Shown here in pieces: positions 58,560 through 64,000 of a stretch of 64,000 bases of DNA. The DNA comes from an uncultured bacterium. GTDB taxonomy: Bacteria; Verrucomicrobiota; Verrucomicrobiia; Limisphaerales; UBA8199. The stretch lies in NCBI GenBank assembly GCA_963749495.1, contig CAVVMW010000021.1, positions 896,001-960,000 of the forward strand. Direction: 5' to 3'. Numbering within the stretch: position 1 is the stretch's first letter; each line of letters opens with the position of its first letter. Below the pieces are notes generated by a model. It did no database searches, was not told the DNA's origin, and was given only the letters and a program-made list of their open reading frames with translations. The position numbers and the translations under genes were made by a program.

Positions 58560-60346
58560 TGCGAACTATGAAACAAACCCTTGCAGGTCTTTTGGGCTCC
58601 ATTCTCTTGACGGCGCCGGCAACCGCAGCGGCTCAGGGGAGCCAGGGCGATTATAGCTACACCACCCAGCCCCAGATCACTCCACCGTACGGGACGGTCA
58701 CCATCACCAGCTACACCGGTCCCGGAGGCGCGGTGACCATCCCGGGCACCATCAACGACATGCCCGTCGTCGTCATCAATGGTGGCGCGTTTTACTACCG
58801 CGCCAACATCACCAGCATTGTCATACCGGACAGCGTTACTGCCGTCTCGGAGACGGGTTTCATGGGCTGCATGGGCATGACGAGCATCGTGACCGGCAAT
58901 GGTCTGAGGACGGTCTGTAATGAGTTCTGCCAAGGGTGCAGCAGCCTGGCCAGTGTGACGTTAGGCGCCCACGTGGGCCGCCTCGGGGGATGGGCGTTCG
59001 CCGACTGCACCAGCCTCACCGACTTCGGGGTTTCATGCAGCGTCACCAGCATTGGGCCCAGCGCATTCCAGGGCTGCACGCGCCTGGCGAGCATCACCAT
59101 CCCCGCCGGCGTTAGCTCCATTGAGCTGGGCGCATTCGCCGGCTGTGCCAGCCTGGCTTCCGTGGTGCTTCCGAACAGCCTGCCCAGCATCGAGGAGAGC
59201 CTGTTTGAGGGCTGCGCCAGTCTGACCAACATCGTGATTCCCAGCGGTGTTGGGTCCATCGGGCCTGCCGCATTTGACGGCTGCTCGGGCCTGCTCACGG
59301 TGACAATCCCGGGCGGCGTCACCAACATCGCTGGCGACGCGTTTTCCGGCTGCACCGGCCTGTTGGCGTTCAGCGTGGACGGCGCCAATGCCTGTTACAG
59401 CAGCGTGGACGGACTCCTGTTCAACAAGAGCCAGACGGTGCTGCTTCAGTTTCCGCCTGGCAGAGGCGGGGACTATTGGATCCCGAACGGCGTCACCAGC
59501 ATCGCGGACGCGGCGTTCGCGCAGGCCTGGTCGCTCACCAACGTGATGATCCCCGCCAGCGTCACCAACATCGCCGACGGGGCGTTTGCGGGCTGTCCGA
59601 ACCTGGTTGCCATAAATGTAGATGCGGCCAATCAGGCCTACAGCACCGTGGACGGAATCCTGCTCGACAAGAGCCACACCTACTTGCTCCAATGCCCCAG
59701 CACCAAAGGCGGAAGCTGGATCATCCCCAGCGGCGTCACCAATTTCGCCGAGGCCGCCTTTCAAGGCTGCAGCAACCTGACGAGCGTCACGATTCCCGGT
59801 TCGGTCAGTTACATTCCCGCTCAGGCGTTCAGCGGCTGCACGGGCCTGACCAACGTCACGATCCTCGATGGGGTGCATGTTCTCCGCACGGCGCTCTTTG
59901 AATATTGCTCCGGCCTGACCAACCTCACGCTGCCGGCCAGCGTGGACGGACTGGGAACCCGGGTTTTCGGCGATTGCTCCAACCTGGTCAGCGTTTTTTT
60001 CCAGGGCAATGCCCCGCCCGGCGCTGATTTTATGACGTTCTACGGCGCCTACAATGTCACCCTCTATTACCTGCCGGGCGCCACCGGCTGGACCACGCCA
60101 TTTTGGTTTCGCCCGGCCGTGCTGTGGAACCCGTCAATCCAGGCCCCCGCCGTGCAGGCCAATGGGTTCGGTTTCGACATAAGCGGGACAACCAACATCC
60201 CTATCGTGGTCCAAGCCGCTACAAATCTGTCCGGCGGCACCTGGAGTCCTGTGGAGAGCGCCACTCTCACGAACGGCCTGCTCCACTTCACCGACCGTAG
60301 CTGGACGAATTATCCGAGCCGCTTTTACCGCATCTCCTCGCCTTAG
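58559..60346 (+). CDS. BspA-type leucine-rich-repeat surface protein
   Basis: Signal peptide; SIG..AF.GC..L.S.TIP..V repeats; C-terminal SRFYRI; TAATG overlap with the upstream gene. Confidence 0.92.
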   Translation: MRTMKQTLAGLLGSILLTAPATAAAQGSQGDYSYTTQPQITPPYGTVTITSYTGPGGAVTIPGTINDMPVVVINGGAFYYRANITSIVIPDSVTAVSETGFMGCMGMTSIVTGNGLRTVCNEFCQGCSSLASVTLGAHVGRLGGWAFADCTSLTDFGVSCSVTSIGPSAFQGCTRLASITIPAGVSSIELGAFAGCASLASVVLPNSLPSIEESLFEGCASLTNIVIPSGVGSIGPAAFDGCSGLLTVTIPGGVTNIAGDAFSGCTGLLAFSVDGANACYSSVDGLLFNKSQTVLLQFPPGRGGDYWIPNGVTSIADAAFAQAWSLTNVMIPASVTNIADGAFAGCPNLVAINVDAANQAYSTVDGILLDKSHTYLLQCPSTKGGSWIIPSGVTNFAEAAFQGCSNLTSVTIPGSVSYIPAQAFSGCTGLTNVTILDGVHVLRTALFEYCSGLTNLTLPASVDGLGTRVFGDCSNLVSVFFQGNAPPGADFMTFYGAYNVTLYYLPGATGWTTPFWFRPAVLWNPSIQAPAVQANGFGFDISGTTNIPIVVQAATNLSGGTWSPVESATLTNGLLHFTDRSWTNYPSRFYRISSP

Positions 60347-60388
60347 AGCGAGGCACAATCCATAGTTCTCTGCAAAATCCAGGAGGGT

Positions 60389-63300
60389 ATGAACACACGA
60401 CCTTTGAACCAACGGTTCGGATTCGGAAAAGGCATGACCGGCGGGAGATTCCGCCCGCTCGGCTACAGACACATCGCGCCCGGCCTTGCGGCGATGCTGC
60501 TCGTCTGGCCCGGGGCGCCGCCGGGAGCCTGGGCGGCACAGCGCCTGCCTGGGAGCTTGGTCAGTTGGGGGGATCAAGTGATCCCGCTGGTGCCCCCGGG
60601 CACTATCTTCAAGGGGATTGCTGGAGGGACCGACCATAGCCTGGCGCTCAGGCAGGACGGAACGGTCTATGCCTGGGGCGCTTCTGGCTCGGCGACAACG
60701 GTGCCTGAGGGCTTGACCGGGGTCATTGCCATCGCGGCAGGGTATGGGTTTAACCTGGCCCTAAAGCAGAACGGGACGGTGGTGGCCTGGGGCAGTCCTA
60801 ACAATAACTACGGCTTCGGGGGGACCAATGTGCCGAGCGGTCTGAGCAATGTCATCGCTATCGCGGCGGGAGATTCTCACAGTCTGGCACTGAAGAACGA
60901 CGGGAGAGTCGCGGCCTGGGGCTACTGGTCTGAGCCGAACCTGCCTTCGCCAGTGGCGGTACCCAGCGGCCTGACCGGGGTGGTCGCCATAGCGGCGGGA
61001 GGAGCCCAGAGCCTGGCGCTCAAGCAGGACGGGACGGTGGTGGCCTGGGGCGCCACCCAGGACGGGCCGGGGACGATGTATTCTTCGGCCATGTACCCGG
61101 CGACGGTGCCTGATGGCCTGAGCAACGTGGTGGCCATCGCGGCGGGAGGGGAGGCCGCTCTGGCACTGAGGCAAGACGGGACCGTGGCCATGTGGGACCA
61201 TCAGAGCTACACGCCGTCGGTGGCCCAGGGTGCGGTGGCCATCGCTGCGGGAGCTTACCACGGATTGGCGTTAGTGAACGGACAGGTTCTGGGTTGGGGG
61301 ACGGGGAGCCACTCCTACGATTACGACTACGGGCAGGCGGCTCAGCCTATGGTCGGGGACAACCGGGTCATTGCCATTGCAGCCGGGGCCTATCACAGCC
61401 TGGCGCTCAAGCAGGACGGGACGATTGTCGCCTGGGGCAGCAGCCCCTCTGGCCAAGGGACGACGCCGGGGCTCGGCGGGTTGGTCGCGATCGCCACGGA
61501 AGGCACGCACACTCTGGCACTCAAGCAAGACGGGACCACGATCGAGTGGGGAGGTCCCCAACACCAAGGGAATCCTTGGCTCAGCGGGGTGACCGCAATC
61601 GCCGTTGGCCAAGCCCACAGCTTGGCGCTCAAGCAGGAGGGCACGGTCGCGGAGTGGGGCGACTTGTTCTTTAAGGACGTTCAAGGTAACTGGCACGTGG
61701 TTGGCCCGCCCGACGGTCTGAGCAATGTGGTTGCCATCGCGGCCGGCGGGAACTGGAGCCTGGCGCTCAAGCAGGACGGAACGGTCGCGGCCTGGGGACA
61801 CGATTCTAATTGGCCTTTCACGTACCCAAGCTATTGGACCGGGGTCGTCGCCATCGCCGCGAGCGGGGATCACTGGCTGGCGCTGAAGCAGGACGCGTCG
61901 GTCGTGGGGTGTTACGCAACCGCTGGCGCGGAGCAACCGCCGGCGGGTCTGACCGGGGTGGTAGGCATCGCGGCTGGGGCCTACCACAGCTTGGCGCTCA
62001 AGCAGGACGGCACCGTTGTGGCCTGGGGCGCCGGCCAGACCATACAACCCGGGACTGACAACCAAGGACAGTCAATTGTGCCGGCCGGCCTAGGCGGGGT
62101 CATCGCCATCGCGGCGGGCGGGGACCAGAGCCTGGCGCTCAAGCAGGACGCGACCCTGGTCGCCTGGGGCGCCAACGATTCGGGGCAATCAACGGTGCCT
62201 GGAGGACTGCCCTGGGTCCTTGCCGCCGCCGCCTCATGGAGCCATACCGTGGCGCTGGTCGACTTCATCCCGCCGGCGCCGGTGGTCAGTGTGGCGCCGC
62301 AGACGCAAACAGCCAGGGTGGGGACGACGGTGGGCTTCTCTGTCCAAGCCGACGGCCCGCCGCCGCTCAGCTACCAATGGTACTTCGGTGGCACCAATGG
62401 GTACTTCGGTGGGGCCAACGCCCTGGGCGGCGCTACTAATGCCGCCCTGAATTTCACAAGTGTGGGGTTGTCCCAGTCTGGACCCTACTGGGTGGTCGTC
62501 ACGAACCTCTTCGGGGCGGTGACGAGCCCCGGGGCCGTGCTGACGGTGCTGGCGCCGCCGAGCCTGGTCGCCGGGCCGACAAACCTCGTTGCCATGCCGG
62601 GCACGCTGGTCAATTTCTCCGTGGAAGTTGCCAGCGCCACGCCGCTTTCCTACCAGTGGTTCTTCAACGGCACCAACCTGTTGGCCAGCGCCAACAACTC
62701 GGTGCTGGAACTTCTCGACGTCCAAATTGGACAGTCCGGGACCTATGAAGTGGTGGCGGCCAACGCGGTCGGGTCCGTGACCAGCGCGCCGGCTCTCCTC
62801 ACGGTGATGGCGCCGCCGAGCCTGGTCACAGTGCCGACCAACCTCACGGTCAACCTGGGCACTAGCCCTGAGTTTGCCGCGGCGGCGGTCGGCGCCACAC
62901 CGGCTTACCAGTGGTTTTTCAACGGGACCAATTTGCTGGCGGGCGCAACGAACGCGGTGCTGGATCTGGTCAACGTCCCATTGTCTCAGGCCGGCCTGTA
63001 TTGTGTGGTGGTGAGCAATCCGTTCGGGGCGGTGACGAGTTCGGCGGCAATGCTGACCGTGTTGACGCCGGCCGTGACGGAGAATACCGAGGCGGCGCTG
63101 CGGCAGGCGCTGGCGGGCGGAGGCGTGGTCTCGTTCGCCTGCAACGGTACGATCACGCTGACCAACCAGATTATGATCACCAACGATACCGTGCTCGACG
63201 GCACGGGGCACGAAATCACCCTGGCGTGTGTCCAGCCCCCCAGCCCCTCTGGCGGCACCACCCGCGCGTTCTTTGTCAGCTCGAACGTCACCTTTACCGC

Positions 63301-64000
63301 CATGCATCTCACCGTCTCCAACGGCTGCGCCCAGGCGGCGCCCCCGGACGATTTTCCCGGCGATTCTCCCATGGTGGGCGGCGCCATCCTCAACGACGGC
63401 GTCCTGAACTTGTGCGAAGTCTTGTTCCTGAACAACGCGGCCAGCTACGGCGGCGGGGCCATCGCTAACCTTCAGGGCGGGGCGGTGCATGCCACCAACT
63501 GCACGTTTGCCGCGAATGACACGGCGCGCTACGGCGGGGCGATTTTTGATGAAGGCGGTCAAGTGAGCCTTCAAACGTGTATGTTCCAGGGCAACGGCGC
63601 CTACGCCCCTTCCACTGATGCCCCGCTCGACGCGTATGGCGGCGCCATCCACAGCGAGGGCAGCTTGATCGTCAGCGGCTGCACGTTCTCCAACAATGCC
63701 GCGCGGGGCAATGAAGGCTTTACGCTTTGGCAGGCGCCTGGAGCCTCTGGCGGTCCCGGTGGCTCGGCCTTCGGGGGCGCCATTTCCAGCCTGGGCAGCC
63801 TTTGCCTGTTGAGCAGTGCTATTGTCAGCAACAGCGCTGCCGGTGGCGGCGGCGGCCGTGGCAACAGCGGCGCCGCCGGAGGCCAGTTCGGGGGGATTGG
63901 CAGCGGGAGCGGCGGCAACGGCGGCGACGGCCTTGGCGGCGGGCTCTTCAACGGCGGAACCGCCAGCGCCGTCAACTGCACGCTTTTCGCAAACATCGGC
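60389..64000 (+). CDS. Secreted protein: RCC1-like repeats, 3 Ig domains, beta-helix (runs off the window end); paralogue of the 47317 gene
   Basis: AGGAGG RBS and leader nearly identical to those at 47317; many SLALKQDGTVVAWG repeats. Confidence 0.85.
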   Translation, partial: MNTRPLNQRFGFGKGMTGGRFRPLGYRHIAPGLAAMLLVWPGAPPGAWAAQRLPGSLVSWGDQVIPLVPPGTIFKGIAGGTDHSLALRQDGTVYAWGASGSATTVPEGLTGVIAIAAGYGFNLALKQNGTVVAWGSPNNNYGFGGTNVPSGLSNVIAIAAGDSHSLALKNDGRVAAWGYWSEPNLPSPVAVPSGLTGVVAIAAGGAQSLALKQDGTVVAWGATQDGPGTMYSSAMYPATVPDGLSNVVAIAAGGEAALALRQDGTVAMWDHQSYTPSVAQGAVAIAAGAYHGLALVNGQVLGWGTGSHSYDYDYGQAAQPMVGDNRVIAIAAGAYHSLALKQDGTIVAWGSSPSGQGTTPGLGGLVAIATEGTHTLALKQDGTTIEWGGPQHQGNPWLSGVTAIAVGQAHSLALKQEGTVAEWGDLFFKDVQGNWHVVGPPDGLSNVVAIAAGGNWSLALKQDGTVAAWGHDSNWPFTYPSYWTGVVAIAASGDHWLALKQDASVVGCYATAGAEQPPAGLTGVVGIAAGAYHSLALKQDGTVVAWGAGQTIQPGTDNQGQSIVPAGLGGVIAIAAGGDQSLALKQDATLVAWGANDSGQSTVPGGLPWVLAAAASWSHTVALVDFIPPAPVVSVAPQTQTARVGTTVGFSVQADGPPPLSYQWYFGGTNGYFGGANALGGATNAALNFTSVGLSQSGPYWVVVTNLFGAVTSPGAVLTVLAPPSLVAGPTNLVAMPGTLVNFSVEVASATPLSYQWFFNGTNLLASANNSVLELLDVQIGQSGTYEVVAANAVGSVTSAPALLTVMAPPSLVTVPTNLTVNLGTSPEFAAAAVGATPAYQWFFNGTNLLAGATNAVLDLVNVPLSQAGLYCVVVSNPFGAVTSSAAMLTVLTPAVTENTEAALRQALAGGGVVSFACNGTITLTNQIMITNDTVLDGTGHEITLACVQPPSPSGGTTRAFFVSSNVTFTAMHLTVSNGCAQAAPPDDFPGDSPMVGGAILNDGVLNLCEVLFLNNAASYGGGAIANLQGGAVHATNCTFAANDTARYGGAIFDEGGQVSLQTCMFQGNGAYAPSTDAPLDAYGGAIHSEGSLIVSGCTFSNNAARGNEGFTLWQAPGASGGPGGSAFGGAISSLGSLCLLSSAIVSNSAAGGGGGRGNSGAAGGQFGGIGSGSGGNGGDGLGGGLFNGGTASAVNCTLFANIG

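Overview
GC-rich bacterial DNA. The gene repertoire (GloVer/choice-of-anchor-Q/RCC1/Ig surface proteins ending in an '...FYR' motif, ECF-type Ser/Thr kinases) suggests Verrucomicrobiota; this is an inference. Many long genes are broken by single-base indels, often in homopolymers, which looks like long-read assembly error, so genes are reported as reconstructed units. Layout: (1) 1-3.9 kb: a minus-strand Ser/Thr kinase, a small MITE, a REP-associated Y1 transposase and several REP-like palindromes. (2) 4.2-23.9 kb: a plus-strand putative polysaccharide-synthesis operon. It holds a ~13-kb giant gene (signal peptide, long beta-rich extracellular region, CBM-like domain, alpha-helical glycosidase-like domain, multi-TM processive glycosyltransferase with mixed GT2/GT48-like motifs), a secreted clan-A glycoside hydrolase, a eukaryote-type UDP-glucose pyrophosphorylase and a GYF-like/cNMP-binding protein. 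This operon is the best candidate for an undescribed system. (3) 23.9-27.4 kb: a kinase-WD40 gene. (4) 27.4-46.8 kb: a mobile-element-rich island with DUF932, a truncated AIPR between 22-bp direct repeats, a 4-gene IS21-family element with a 5-bp TSD, a tRNA-Met 3' fragment (att site), a TPR-HExxH protein, IS remnants, and an ISL3 with an 8-bp TSD that separates a tyrosine integrase from its RBS. (5) 47.3-64 kb: a tandem array of five domain-shuffled secreted surface proteins.
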